Assembly (NCBI RefSeq): GCF_963921235.1
Contig: NC_086097.1
Coordinates: 202,928,001 to 202,992,000 of the forward strand
Direction: 5' to 3'
Length of the DNA: 64,000 nt
From: Mobula hypostoma
Lineage: Eukaryota
This document shows positions 12,586-26,110 of the stretch, in pieces. Numbering within the stretch: position 1 is the first letter of the stretch; each line of letters opens with the position of its first letter. The notes below the pieces were generated by a model that saw only the letters and a list, made by a program, of their open reading frames with translations, had not been told where the DNA came from and made no database searches. The position numbers and the translations under genes were made by a program.

Positions 12586-13369
12586 GTGTTTGAAATTTAA
12601 AACACACAGGGAAAGGCTGTTGGATCTTAAAGATGGTTTTCTAACCTTTAATATACAGCTCTCTCCTGAACCCATCCCTGTGCTCACACACTCTGGATAA
12701 ACACTCCCTTGATCAAAGATTAAATCACATTTCTTCAGAGGAGAATGAAGGTTCCTGCCACAAAGTCAGCAGTGTTAAACACAGAATCCAAAATGAAAAG
12801 GAGATGAAGCTTTCTACATTAAATTAATGAATGAATTAACAAGATTCAAGCTTGTTTAATGTCATTTCCGGTACATAAGTGTAAAGGACATGAAATAATT
12901 GTTACTCTGGATCTGATGCAGTGCAATAAAACCCACAATTATGTGATGAACACAATAATAAAAGTACAACAAATAGAATTACATAAGATAGTGTTACACA
13001 TTGTTTGTATTTATATACATAAAGTGATGTTAGCTACAGGAGTGTCTGTACATAAGGTGACACTGACAGGAAATGATAATGTAGTGGTGATTGGGAGATG
13101 TTCATCAGCTTGGGGAAAATAACTGTTTTTGAGTCTGATGGTCCTTTGAATGGATGCTACTTTGCCTCCTCCCTGATGAGAGTGGGGCAAACAGTCCATC
13201 AGCAGGGTGGTATAAATCAGTTCTGAATAAATCAATATAACAGCATAAGAAATTGGAGTTGGCCATTTGGCTGCTTGTGTCTACTTTCCCATTTAATAAG
13301 GTTATAGCTGATCTTTTAACTCAGTACCGCTTTCCTGCACTAAACCCATTTCCATTAATTCACTTAATA

Positions 13370-13686
13370 TAACCATATAACAATTACAGCACAGAAACAG
13401 GCCATCTCGGCCCTTCTAGTCCGTGCCGAACTCTTACCCTATCCTATTCCCACTGACCTGCACTCAGCCCATAACCCTCCATTCCTTTCCTGTCCATATA
13501 GCTATCCAATCTAACTTTAAACGACAATATAGAACCTGCTTTGACCACTTCTGCTGGAAGCTCATTCCACACAGCTACCGCTCTCTGAGTAAAGAAGTTC
13601 CCCCTCATCTTACCCCTAAACTTTTGTCCTCTAATTCTCAACCCGTGCCCTCTTGTTTGAATCTTCCCCACTCTCAATGGAAAAAG
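13370..13686 (-). mobile_element. CR1 3' fragment (same subfamily as 54172-55510)
   Basis: ORF 13444-13677 QTRGHGLRI...FFTQRAVAVWNELP; accatata tail. Confidence 0.85.
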
Positions 13687-15016
13687 TTATATGCTAAAGA
13701 ATTATTTACCTGCATTTTAAATATATGCAGTGACTGCACCTCTACAGGTCTCTGTTTGGACAATTTAAATGCCGGCCCAGATTGGAGGCGAGAGGCAATT
13801 TCGCTCACTCTCCATGATGATCACTTCCATGGCACTGAGGCTATGAAAATTGCCCTGGCTCAAGTGCTTTGTGCCTGATAATATGATGAAATGATAAGCG
13901 AACCTTTGGGCCTACTCAGGGCTGCTCCAGGGTTTGGATCTGAGGACTCAGTTTTGGCTGGGAATGTTGTTCTCTTCGTTTGCATAATTTTTTTTTACTC
14001 TTGCCTATCGAAGTTGGTCCTTTATTCTTATTTTTAGCTTTAACTGGGTTCTTTCAGATTTCTTGCATTTTGGCTATCTATAAGCAAACAAATCTCAAAG
14101 TTGTATAACTTTTACGTTCTTTGATAATAAATGTTCTTGAACCTTGAGGTATTGCACTCCAGAGAACTGCCACACTGAGAAAGAACTTCTTTTCTCAATT
14201 CAGTGCTGATTGCCTGATCAGTTAGAACTATGACCCCCCCCCCCCACCATGGTTCAGGATACCCCAACAATACACAGAAAAAAATTGACACTTTTAAGTC
14301 CAATAATAAGTTTGTATATTTCATTAAGGTCTTCTCATTCTTCTAGGAGTGTATAGGCCTATTCTATTTAATCTCTTGTTAAAGAACCACTCACCCATTT
14401 CTTGCTGCAGTGCAATTGCGAATGAAGTGACACATCCCAAGAAATTAATATTTAAACAGAATGGAGAATAGCAATCAATTAGTTACACATGATCCAAACA
14501 ACAAATCTTCTTTTTCCATTTAGCATTGAAAACATTTGACACAACATCTCTCCTAAAGAGTTACAAACCTGCATGTTTAGGCTGGAATCCTCAATTCCCA
14601 GCCACCAAATGAAGGTTCCAATGGGTATTTTGGCAGACTTATCTGTGAAATTGTATGTGATCTAAGCTCTTGGGACAGCAATATTTCAGGCATGGAAAAT
14701 TTGAAAGTTCTTACACCAGGGGAATTTTGGTACATTGAGACGCCATTGTTTTTTGCATATTTAATTATGCTATTCCTTGCAACGCACACAACATGCAGGA
14801 GGAACTCAGCAGGCCAGGAAGTATCTATGGAAAAGAGTAAACAGTCAATGTTTCGGATTGCAACCTTCATCAGTATTGCTTGGATTTCCAGCAGCTGCAG
14901 ATTTTCTCTTAATGGTGATGCCATTCCTCGGTGGGGTGGGTCAATTTTTCCAAGAATCATGTAACTGCCCCCACCACCAGTGTAATCAGACGATAGGATT
15001 TCAGGTTTTGTAATCT

Positions 15017-16187
15017 CTCTCAGGATGAGGCTTTTCATTCTAGGACGAGGGAGATGTCTTCATTTTTTAAAGAAAGGGGCTTCCCTTCCTCCACTATCAA
15101 CTCTGCTCTTAAACGCATCTCCTCCATTTCACGTACATCTGCTCTCACTGCATCCTCCCACCACCCCACTAGGAATAGGGTTCCCCTGGTCCTCACCTAC
15201 CACCCCACCAGCCTCCGGGTCCAACATATTATTCTCCCTAACTTCCGCCACCTCCAACGGGATCCCACCACTAAGCACATCTTTCCCTCCCCCCCTCTCT
15301 CTGCATTCCGCAGGGATCGCTCCCTACACAACTCCCTTGTCCATTCGTCCCCCCCATCCCTCCCCACTGATCTCCCTCCTGGCACTTATCCGTGTAAGCG
15401 GAACAAGTGCTACACATGCCCTTACACTTCCTCCCTTACCACCATTCAGGGCCCCAAACAGTCCTTCCAGGTGAGGCATCACTTCACCTGTGAGTCGACT
15501 GGGGTGATATACTGCGTCCGGTGCTCCCGATGTGGCCTTTTATATATTGGTGAGACCCGACGCAGACTGGGAGACCGCTTTGCTGAACATCTACGCTCTG
15601 TCCGCCAGAGAAAGCAGGATCTCCCAGTGGCCACACATTTTAATTCCACATCCCATTCCCATTCTGACATGTCTATCCACGGCCTCCTCTACTGTAAAGA
15701 TGAAGCCACACTCAGGTTGGAGGAACAACACCTTATATTCCGTCTGGGTAGCCTCCAACCTGATGGCATGAACATTGACTTCTCTAACTTCCGCTAGGCC
15801 CCACCTCCCCCTCGTACCCCAGCTGTTACTCATTTTTATGCACACATTCTTTCTCTCACTCTCCTTTTTCTCCCTCTGTCCCTCTGAATATACCTCTTGC
15901 CCATCCTCTGGGTCACCACCCCCCCCGTCTTTCTTCCCGGACCTCCTGTCCCATGATCCTCTCGTATCCCCTTTTGCCTATCACCTGTCCAGCTCTCGGC
16001 TCCATCCCTCCCCCTCCTGTCTTCTCCTATCATTTTGCATCTCCCCCTCCCCCTCCAGCTTTCAAATCCCTTACTCACTCTTCCTTCAGTTAGTCCTGAC
16101 GAAGGGTCTCGGCCTGAAACGTCGACTGCGCCTCTTCCTATAGATGCTGCTTGGCCTGCTGCGTTCACCAGCAACTTTGATGTATGT
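15017..16187 (+). mobile_element. Penelope-like retroelement, 5'-truncated, near-identical to 5949-7375
   Basis: ORF 15054-15797 with intact GIY-YIG domain and the same 3' UTR. Confidence 0.93.
16092..16127 (+). ncRNA. Minimal type I hammerhead ribozyme motif
   Basis: AGTC-CTGACGA-AGGgtctcggCCT-GAAA-C-GTC^GACT. Confidence 0.75.
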
Positions 16188-16404
16188 CATTTGTTAATGG
16201 AGTGATATGTTTGCCTTCAATTTAACATCCTGTAGAAATGAAACACTGTGATAATGATAATTGTTACTCCTTGTAAACACATACCTATCAGTACAAATTG
16301 TCTGATTTAAAAACACACCCTTGATATGACCTGAAAGGATCTGTTGCAATGAAAGATTTTTTTCCCTTCGTACACATGGAAAGAACTACCATTGTATCGG
16401 ATAA

Positions 16405-18880
16405 TGTCCATAAGGCCATTAGATATTTGAGCAGAATTAAGTCTTTAGCGTTTCATCATAGCCGATCCATTTTTCTTCTCGACTCAATCTCCTGTCTGCT
16501 CCCCCCCCCCTGTATTCCTTAGCACCATGACCAATCAAAAGTCTATCACCCTCTCTTAAATATACATAAACAGCTGGCCTCCACAGCTGCCAATGGCAAT
16601 GCATTTCACAGTTTCACCACTCTCTGCTAAAGAAATTTCTCCTCATCACCATTCTGAAAGGATGCCCTCTGTTCTGAGGCTGTATCCTCCAGTCTTGAAC
16701 TCTCCCACCATAGGAAACATCCTCTCCACATCCACTCCATCAAGGCCTCTCACCATTCGATCGGTTTCAATGAGGACACACCCAATTCTTCTGAATTCCA
16801 GTGAATACAGGCCCAATGCTGGGATCATTTTTGTAAACCTCCTTTGAACCCTCTCCAGTTTCAGCACATCCTTTCCAAGTTAGGGGCTCAAAACTGCTCA
16901 CAATACTCCAGGTGAGGCTTCGCCAATGCTTTATAAAGTCTCAACATTGCATCTTTGCTTTTATATTCTAGTCCTCTTGAAATGAATGCTAATACCGCTA
17001 ATACTGCTTTTGCCTTCTTCAACAAAGACTTAACCTGCAAATGAACTTTTAGGGAATCCTGTATATTGACTCCTAAGTCCCTTTGCACTTCGGTTTTTTT
17101 TTCGTATTTTCTCTTCAATTAGAAAATAGTCAACTCTTTTATTTCTTGTACCAAAGTGCATGACCAAACACTTCTTGACACTGTATTCCCTCTGCCACTT
17201 CTTTGCCCATTCTCCTAACCTATCCAAGTCCATCTGTAGCCTCTCTACTTCCTCAAAACTACCTGCCCCGCCACCTATCTTCATATTATCTGCAAACTTT
17301 GCAACAAAGCCATCAATTCCAATCATCCAAATCACTAACATATAACATAAAAAGAATCGTTTTCAACACAGACCCTGTGGAACACCACCAGTCACCAGCA
17401 GCCAATCAGAACAGGCTCCCTTTATTCCCACTCTTAGCTTCTTGCCAATCAGCCACTGCTTTATCCATGCTAGAATCTTTCCTGTAATACCTTGGGCTCA
17501 TACTTTGTTAGGCAGCCTCATGTGTGGCATCTTGTTAAAGGCCTTCTGAACATCCAAGTACACAACATCAACTGATTCTCCTTTGTCTATCCTGCTTGTT
17601 ATTTCTTAAAAAAAATTCCAACCCGTTTGTCAGGCAAGATTTTCTCTTGAAGAAACTATGCTGACTATGGCCTGTTTTATCATGTGCCTCCAAGGACCCC
17701 AAAACTACATCCTTAACAGTCGACTCCAACTGCTTGCAGCCACTGAGATCAGATTAACTGGTTTATAATTTCCTTTCTTCTGCCTCTCTCCCTTGAAGAA
17801 TGGAGTGACATTTGCAATTTTCCAGTCTTCAAAGCCATTCCAGAATCTAGTGATTCTTGAAAGATCCTTACTAATGCCTCCATGATCTCTTCAGCCACCT
17901 CTTTCAGAACCTTGGCATGTACATCATCTGTACAGGTGACTACCTTCAGACGTTTCAATTTCCCAAAACCCTTCTCCCTCGTGATGGTACCTTCACACAG
18001 TTCATGACCCCTGACACCTGGAACTTCTACCATACTGCTAGTGTCTTCCACAATGGAGACTGATACAAAATAGTCATTTAGTTCGTCTGCCAATTCCTTG
18101 TCCCCCATTACTACCTCTCCAGCAACGTATTGTTTTCCAGCGATCCGATATCCACTCTCACCTCTCTTTTATACTTTATGTATCTGAAGAAACTTTTGGT
18201 ATCCTCTTGAATATTATTGGTTCGTTTACATTCTTATTCCATCTTTACACCTTAGTTACATTTTTAGTTGCCTTCTGTTAATTTGTGAAAGCTTCCCAAT
18301 CCTCTGACTTCCCACTAAATTTTGCTCTGTTGTATGCCCTCTCTTTGGCTTTTATGTTGGATTTGACTTCTCTTGTTCACCATGGTTATGTCATCTTGCC
18401 TTTAGAATACTACTTCCTGTTTGGGATGCATATATCCTATGTCTTTTGAATTGTTTCCAGAAATTCCAGCATTGCTGCTCTGCCCTCATCTCTGCCAGTT
18501 CTCAATTCTTGTCAACTCTTCTCTCATGCCTCTGTCATTCCCTTTACTCCACTGTAGTAGTGAATCACATGACTTTGGCTTCTCCTTCTCAAATTTCAGG
18601 GTGAATGTGATCATATTATGATCACTTCCCCTAAGGGTTCTTTTACCTTAAGCTCTCTAATCAATCCTGGTTAGTTGCATAACATCCAATCCAGAATAGA
18701 TTGTCCGCTGCTCTTAAAAAGCCATCTTGTAGGCATTCCAGAAATCCCCCTCTTGGAATCCAGCACCAACCTAGTTTTCCCAATCTACCTATATATTGAA
18801 ATACCCCATGAGTATTGTAACATTGCCTTTGTGGCATGTATTTTCTATCTCCCGTTGTAATTTGTAGACCACATCCTATG
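16405..18880 (-). mobile_element. CR1 LINE, degenerate ORF2
   Basis: ORFs with VAKFADNMKIGG, LYKALAKPHLEYC and ELNDYFVSV. Confidence 0.85.
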
Positions 18881-19559
18881 TCTCCAGAATACTCTGCAGA
18901 TCATGCCCCATTCCTAGACTGTGTGTGAAGCAGACGTAGCAAAGTCTGTTGTTTTCCTGTGTGGTGAGAAATGGAAACACATCTCAATTATTTCTGTAGC
19001 TCAGTTTGACAGTATTCCTATGAGGTGTGCTCCCTCATCTGAAGCTTGCAGAAGTTGAGAAATCAGAAAGACTCTATTATATTCTACATTATTAAACTAT
19101 TAAGGATTAGGGAATACAAGAGATCAGTCATGGAGCCTGGAGTGTAACGTGAGATTGCAACCTGATTAGGGGAATGACAGTGGCTAAAGAGAACTCTTCC
19201 CAATGTAGGGTTGAAATGGACAAGCAGGGCAAGAAAATCAGTGGAGGAATAAGTGGGTAAATTCTTTCAGAAGTTCCAGTGACAGGTAGCAGGAGAATAA
19301 TCTGGTGTGGAAGATATCTATGATGCTGGATTAAGGATGTCATTAGGAAAACAATTTTGAAAAGTGCAGAATCAACTTAAGTCCATTCTGGGTGTAAGAA
19401 TGGATCGTAGTGTGAAAACTGGACATGGTATTGGCAGTTCTGGCTAAGAACATGGTATGGTGGATTTCTCCATGTGAAGGATAGGTTGAGACATAGATTA
19501 GGCCTTTGCTGACTACACATGCAAAATTGTAACATCCCTCTCATTCTGTCTGCTGCGCT

Positions 19560-20570
19560 ATGTCCATGTCCTGTTCACTGCCTGTTCATGTGCCTCTTTA
19601 CATGCTACTTACACCGTGCTACTGTTTCTGTTTCTGCTACTTACCTGGCAGTGAATTCCAGGCACCTATTTCACTTGGTGTAAAATAAAGCTCGCCTTGT
19701 ATGTATCTTCTTTAAACTTCGCCCTCTCATCTTAAACCAATGCCCTCTGATATTTCACACTTCCATCTGGAAAGAAGATTCTGATTACCTACCTTGTCTG
19801 TCTGTGCCTCTCATAATTATATATACTTCCATCAGATCTTCCCTGAACCCCCAGAGAAAAAAAAATGAATTTGTCCAACCTCTGCTTATAGGTAATGCTC
19901 GCTAATCCAGATGACACCCTAGTGAACCTCTTTTGCACTTTCTCCAAAGCCTCCACATCATTCCTATAATGTAATGTCCAGAACTGCACGCAATCCTCCA
20001 GATATGGCCTGACCAAAGTTTTATCCAACTGTGACATGACTTGCCGACTTTTCTACTGAACGTCCCAACTGATGAAGGCAAGTTTACTGTATGCCTTATT
20101 TACCACCCTATCCACTTGCATTGCCACTTTCAAGAAACTAAGGACTTGCATCACAAGATCCCACTATATGTAAATGCTAGTCAGAATCTTCTTTACTACC
20201 TGCATTTCCACAAATTTGGTCTACAACTTTGCAGATCAGACCATCGACATTATTGTGTTACAAATAACAGAGGTCACGCCACTAGTCACAGACCTCCAAT
20301 CAAAAATGCCACTCTACCACAATCCTCTGTCATCTGTAACCTAGCTAATTTTGAATCCAACCTACTAACTCATAGTGTATCCTATGTGACCTAATCTTCT
20401 GACTCAGTCGACATGGGACCTTATCACAAACAAGAGAACCTTATCAAATGCTTTACTCAAGTCCATGTATACAACATTCACAGCCCTGCCCTCATCAGTC
20501 ATCCTTGTCACCTCAAAACTATGCTGACTATTCCAAGTAAGTCCATGACTTTCCAAATATGAGTAAATTC
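19560..20570 (-). mobile_element. Old CR1 fragment
   Basis: ORF 19789-20037 KTLVRPYLEDCVQFW. Confidence 0.7.
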
Positions 20571-21019
20571 TGTTAAGGCTGAACTAGTCTGTTGAGACAC
20601 GTGCTGTGTGTTTCCAGAATTTAGTTGCCTTTTGAACCTTGTGATAAACAGCAAGAACTTAGGTTTGTTGAAAATATGAACGTCATAATAAGTGTAATAA
20701 GTGGATTTGGGAAGACAGAACAAAAGTCTTTTGGTCATTTATTCATTCTTCTGCAAATTAAGTACCATTTGGCTTAAAAATTGTGAAAATAGTCGAACAG
20801 GCAATATCTGTAGAGACAGAAACAGTTAATGTTTCAGGTTAATGATCTTTACTGTAAGATCCACTGACTGAGCTGTTAAGAGTAATTGAACTGTAATATT
20901 TTTGGAGTCATGAGTGGCTGAGACAACTACGAATTGATTGAAGATCCATCCGCTGTTTGCATGCCTCGTCTCCTGTAACTGAAAGTGAATTAAGAAAGGT
21001 ACTGGACGATGTCACTGTA

Positions 21020-21968
21020 AAAATGGACATATCCTGGGGAAAATAATATTAAATGAAAATGCCACACTCAAGTTTTGTAAAGGCCGTCTGGTTCCTGATA
21101 CCATCTGTGAGAAAACAGCCAGTGAGATAGATCACATGGAAGCTGAAGGAATTCTTTCCAAAGTCGTCTGGAACCCATGGGCAACGACAGTGGCCCCAGT
21201 AGCCAAGAGGAATGGGTCTGTGAGGATCTGTGGTGATTTTGAGGTCACCATCAACCCAGTACCGAAAGATCAATACCCTCTGCCCAGGATAGGGAATGTC
21301 TTTGCAAATATTTCTGCAGGAAAACACCAGCAAAATGGACAGCTGAGGCCTACCTAGAGATGGAGATGTAAGAAGATTGCAAAGTGTTACCATAAACATG
21401 CACAAAGGACTTTATCACTGTAACAGCCTTATTTCTGGAGTAGAATCTGCACCTGCACTCTGGCAGGTGTTGGTGCGTGGCCAAGTGGTTAAGGCATCGG
21501 TCTAGTGCTCTGAAGGTCACTAGTTCGAGCCTCAGCTGAGGCAGCGTGTTGTGTCCTTGAGCAAGGCACTTAACCACACATTGCTCTGCGATGACACCGG
21601 TGCCAAGCTGTATTGGCACTAGTGCCCTGCCCTTGAATAACATCGGTGGTGTGGAGAGGAGACACTTGCAGCATGGGCAACTGCTGGTCTTCCATACAAC
21701 CTTGCCCAGGCCTGCGCCCTGGAAACCTTCCAAGGCGCAAATCCATGGTCTCACGAGACTAATGGATGCCTATATATAACTCTGGCAGAGAGCTATGAAA
21801 CTCAAGGCCGCCCAGACACTAAATGTTACCTGAATGACACCTTTGTAACCAGTAAGGATGATGAGGAAGATCTCCAAACTCTCAAGACCACTAAAAAGAT
21901 TAGAACATTATGGGCTCAGAGCACGATGCAACAAGGGAGAATTCTTTAAACCAAGCATCACTTACTGT
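21020..21968 (+). mobile_element. Gypsy (Mag-type) RT fragment, same family as 43991-46851, interrupted by a SINE
   Basis: MEAEGILSKV.W.PWATTV.PV.K.NGSVRICGDF.VTINPV...YPLPRI. Confidence 0.82.
21467..21778 (+). mobile_element. tRNA-derived SINE with CORE-like central motif
   Basis: A-box TGGCCAAGTGG, B-box AGTTCGAGCC, gtgtccttgagcaaggcacttaacc, (TA)n tail; 10-bp TSD actctggcag at 21457-21466 and 21779-21788. Confidence 0.88.
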
Positions 21969-22404
21969 GTTGTTTTTCTTTTTTTGCACATTGGCTGTTT
22001 GTTTGAATTTGTATGTATATTTTCGTTGATTCTATTGTGTTTCTTTATATCTACTGGGAATGCCCACAAAAATGGATAGTATATGGTGACAAATATGTAC
22101 TTGATAATAAATTTACATTGAACTTTGTGAAGATTTATAAGGATGTTGCCAGGACCGAGAGAATGAGTTATAGGGAGAGGTATATAAAATCAAGAGGGAC
22201 ATAGATGGGTAAATGCATTGTCATTTTACCCCAAACTTGGACTATAAGAACTGGAGGACATAGGTTTAAGGTGAAAAGGGAAAGATTTAATAGGAAATTG
22301 AGGGACAACTTTTTCCCCCACAAAGGGTGCCATCTGTATGAGGAAGTGGTTGAAACAAGTACAATAACAACTTTTAAAAGACAGTTGTGCAGGTACATGG
22401 ATTA

Positions 22405-24130
22405 GAAACATAGAAAACCTACAGCACAATACAGGCCCTTCAGCCCACAAGGTTGTGCCGAACATGCCCCTACCTTAGAAATTACTAGGGTTACCCATAG
22501 CCCTCTATTTTTCTAAGCTCCACGTACCTATCCAAAAGTCTCTTAAAAGACCCTATCATATCCGCCTCCATCACCATTGCCGGCAGCCCATTCCACGCAC
22601 TCAACACTCTCTGAGTAAAAAAACTTACCCTTGATGTCTCCTCTGTACCTACTCCCAAGTTCCTTAAACCTGTGTCCTCTCGTGGCAGCCATTTCAGCCC
22701 TGGGAAAAAGACTCTGACTATCCACACGATCAATGCCGCTCATCATCTTATACACCTCTATCAGGTCACCTCTCATCCTCCATCGCTCCAAGGAGAAAAG
22801 GCTGAGTTCACTCAACCTGTTTTCATAAGGCATGCTCCCCAATCCAGGCAACATCCTTGTAAGTCTCCTCTGCACCCTTTCTATGGTTTCCACATCCTAC
22901 CTGTAGTGAGGTGACCAGAACTGAGCACAGTACTCCAAGAGGGGTCTGACTGAGGTCTTATATAGCTGCAATATTACCTCTCGGCTCCTAAATTCATTTC
23001 CACGATTGATGAAGGCCAATACACCGTATGCCTTCTTGACCACAGAGTCAACCTGCACAGCTGCTTTGAGCATCCTATTGACTCGGACCCAAAGATCTCT
23101 CTAATCCACCACACTGCCAAGAGTCTTACCATTAATACTATATTCTGCCATCATATTTGACTTACCAAAATGAACTACTTTACACTTAACATACATCAAA
23201 GTTGCTGGTGAACGCAGCAGGCCAAGGAGCATCTATAGGAAGAGGCGCAGTCGACGTTTCAGGCCAAGACCCTTCGTCAGGACTAACCTTCCTTCAGTTA
23301 GTCCTGACGAAGGGTCTCGGCCTGAAACGTCGACTGCGCCTCTTCCTATAGATGCTGCTTGGCCTGCTGCGTTCACCAGCAACTTTGATGTATGTTGCTT
23401 GAATTTCCAGCATCTGCAGAATTCCTGTTGTTTACTTTACACTTATCTGGGTTGAACTCCATCTGCCACTTCTCAGCCCAGTTTTGCATTCTATCAATGT
23501 CCCACTGTAACCTCTGACAGCCCTCCACACTATCCACAACACCCCCAACCTTTGTGTCATCAGCAAACTTACTAACCCATCCTTCCACTTCCTCATCCAG
23601 ATCATTTATAAAAATCACGAAGAGTAAGGGTCCCAGAACAGATCCACGAGGCACACCACTGGTCACCGACCTCCATGCAGGATATGACCTGTCTCCAACC
23701 ACTCTTTGCCTTCTGGATCCACAAAGCAATGTCCCCATGGATCCCATGCCTCCTTACTTTCTCAATAAGCCTTTCATGGGGTACCTTGTCAAATGTCTTG
23801 CTGAAATCCATATACACTACATCTACTGCTTTTTCTTCATCAATGTGTTTAGTCACATCCTCAAAAAATTCAATCAGGCTCATAAGGCACGACCTGCCCT
23901 TGACAAAGCAATGCTGACTATTCCTAATCATATTATACCTCTCCGAATTTTCATAATCTTTCCTCTCAGGATCTTCTCCATCAACTTACCAACCAATAAA
24001 GTAAGACTCACTGGTTTATAATTTCCTGGGCTATCCCTACTCCCCTTCTTGAATAAGGGAACAACATCTGCAACCCTCCAATCCTCCGGAACCTCTCCCA
24101 TCCCCATTGATGATGCAGAGGCTCAGCAAT
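22405..24130 (-). mobile_element. CR1 LINE RT and 3' end, interrupted by a mini-PLE
   Basis: SGVPRGSVLGPLLF...SKFADDTK and [13 protein letters not shown]; agaaacatagaaa tail. Confidence 0.88.
23189..23432. mobile_element. Palindromic mini-PLE with two inverted hammerhead motifs
   Basis: 100-bp arms 23188-23287/23297-23396 (2 mismatches, 9-nt spacer); hammerheads at 23249-23284(-) and 23300-23335(+); 13-bp TSD tactttacactta at 23176-23188 and 23433-23445. Confidence 0.9.
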
Positions 24131-24149
24131 CTAGATTAGACAAGCAAAA

Positions 24150-26110
24150 TTATGCCGTTAAGCACATCAAGTCTGTGCTACCATTCAATCATGGCTAATT
24201 TATTATTCCTCTGTATCTAATTCTCCTGTCTTCTCTCCATAATCTTTGCCACCCTTACTAATCAAGAACCCACCAAACGCTGCTTTATATGTACTCAATG
24301 ACTTGGCTTTCACTGATGTCTGTGGGAATGAATTCCACAGATTCACCACTCTCTGCTAAATAAATTTTTCTTTTCTGTTCTAATGTCCCTATATTCTGAG
24401 GTTGTGCTCTAGACTCTCCCATTATTGGAAACATTCTCTCCCCACCCTCTCTTTCTAGGAATTTCAAGATTCATAAAAATTCGATGATATCTGCCCCCCC
24501 CCCCAATTCTTCCAAATTCCAGAGAGTTCATGACCAGGGCCTCATACATTAATTCTTTATTCCTGGGATCATTCTGATAAACCTCCTATGGACCCTCTCC
24601 AATGCCAGCACATCCTCTTTTGTAGATATGGGGTGTGAAATTGCTCATGGTATTCCAAATGTAGTCCACTCAATACCTTATAAAGTCTCAATATTACATA
24701 TCGCCTTCATTACTACCGACTCAACCTTCCAGTTAACCTTAGGAAATCCTGCATGAAGACTCCTAAGTTCCAATGTATGAATCGCTCCCTGTATAGAAAA
24801 TAATCTACACCTTTATTCCTTCTACATAAGTGCACGACCATACACTTCCCTACATTATATTCCATCTGCCACTTCTTTGCCCATTCTCCTAAACAATCTA
24901 AGTCCTTCTGCAGACTCTCTGTTTCCTCAGAACTATCTGTCCCTACACCATTTTTTCCATCTGCAAACCTGGCCACAAAGCCATTAATTCCATCATCCAG
25001 ATGATTAACATGGGACTATGAAAAGTAGCATCAGTCCCTGTGGAACACAAATAGTCACCAACAGCCAACCAGAAAGGGCTTCTTTTAGAACAAGGTACAT
25101 AGAACATTACAATACAGAAACAGGCCTTTCACCCTACAATGACATGCCGAATCAATTAAATTAGTAATCAAATGGCTTATGAAACTAATCTCTTCTGCCT
25201 ACATAATGATCCCATTTTTTTGATTTCCTCATTCATATGTCTTTCTAAACATCTCTTAAAATTCCCTCATGTTTCTGCTCCACCACCACACAAGGCAGTA
25301 CATTCCAGGCACCCACCACTCACTATGTAGAAAAACTTGCCCCTCACATCTGCTTTGAACTTACCTCCTCTCACCTCAAATGCAAGCTATCTGGTATTAG
25401 ACATTTCAATCCTTTGAAAAAAGATATTTTCTATGTGTCTGTGCCCCTCATAATCTTATAGTCAGATCTCTCCTCAGCCTCTGTCACCCTAGAGAAAACA
25501 ACCAAAGTTTCTCCAACCCCTTGAAAATGCCCTCTAATCTAGGTAGCTTCCTCTTCTGCACCCTCTAACCGTAACCCTCTCCAAAGCCTCAACATCCTTC
25601 CTATAATGGTGCAACCAGAGCTGTATGCAGTACTACAGATGTGGACTAGCTAGAGTTTTACAAAGCTGCATCTGACTTTTGAACTCAATGCCTCGACTAA
25701 TAATGGCAAGAAAGCCATATGCCTCCTTAACCACCCTATCAACCTGTGTAGCCACGGTCAGGCCGCTATGAACTTCAACCCCAAGATCCCATCAACACTA
25801 CGAAGGGTCTTGCCCTTTGTAGTGTACTGATTCTTTGCATTTGACCTACCAAGGTACACTTCACATTTGGCTGCGTTAAACTCCATTTGTCATTTCCCTG
25901 TTCATATCTGCAACTGATCGTTCTCGCTTTGAATTCTTTGCCAGTCTTCTACACTATGCACAACACCACCAATTTTCATACCGTCTTCAGACTTACTAAC
26001 CCACCCATCTTCACTTTCATCCAGGTCATTTATATACATCAGAACAATAGACGCTCCAGTCCAGATCCCTGCGGAACACCACTAATGACAGACCTCCATA
26101 AGGATTCTAA
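24150..26110 (-). mobile_element. Two adjacent degenerate CR1 fragments (~24150-25085, ~25095-26110)
   Basis: ARFADGK...LQKDLD.LGEWAKKWQMEYNV and other CR1 RT and 3' motifs. Confidence 0.7.

Noticed and set aside
5949..16187. Composite transposon bounded by inverted PLE copies
   Set aside because: The left copy has its own TSD and there is no shared outer TSD, so these are independent insertions
21467..21545. tRNA gene (also ~34885-34960 and 4710-4788)
   Set aside because: The A and B boxes are SINE heads continuous with SINE bodies, two of them TSD-flanked; no complete cloverleaf is evident
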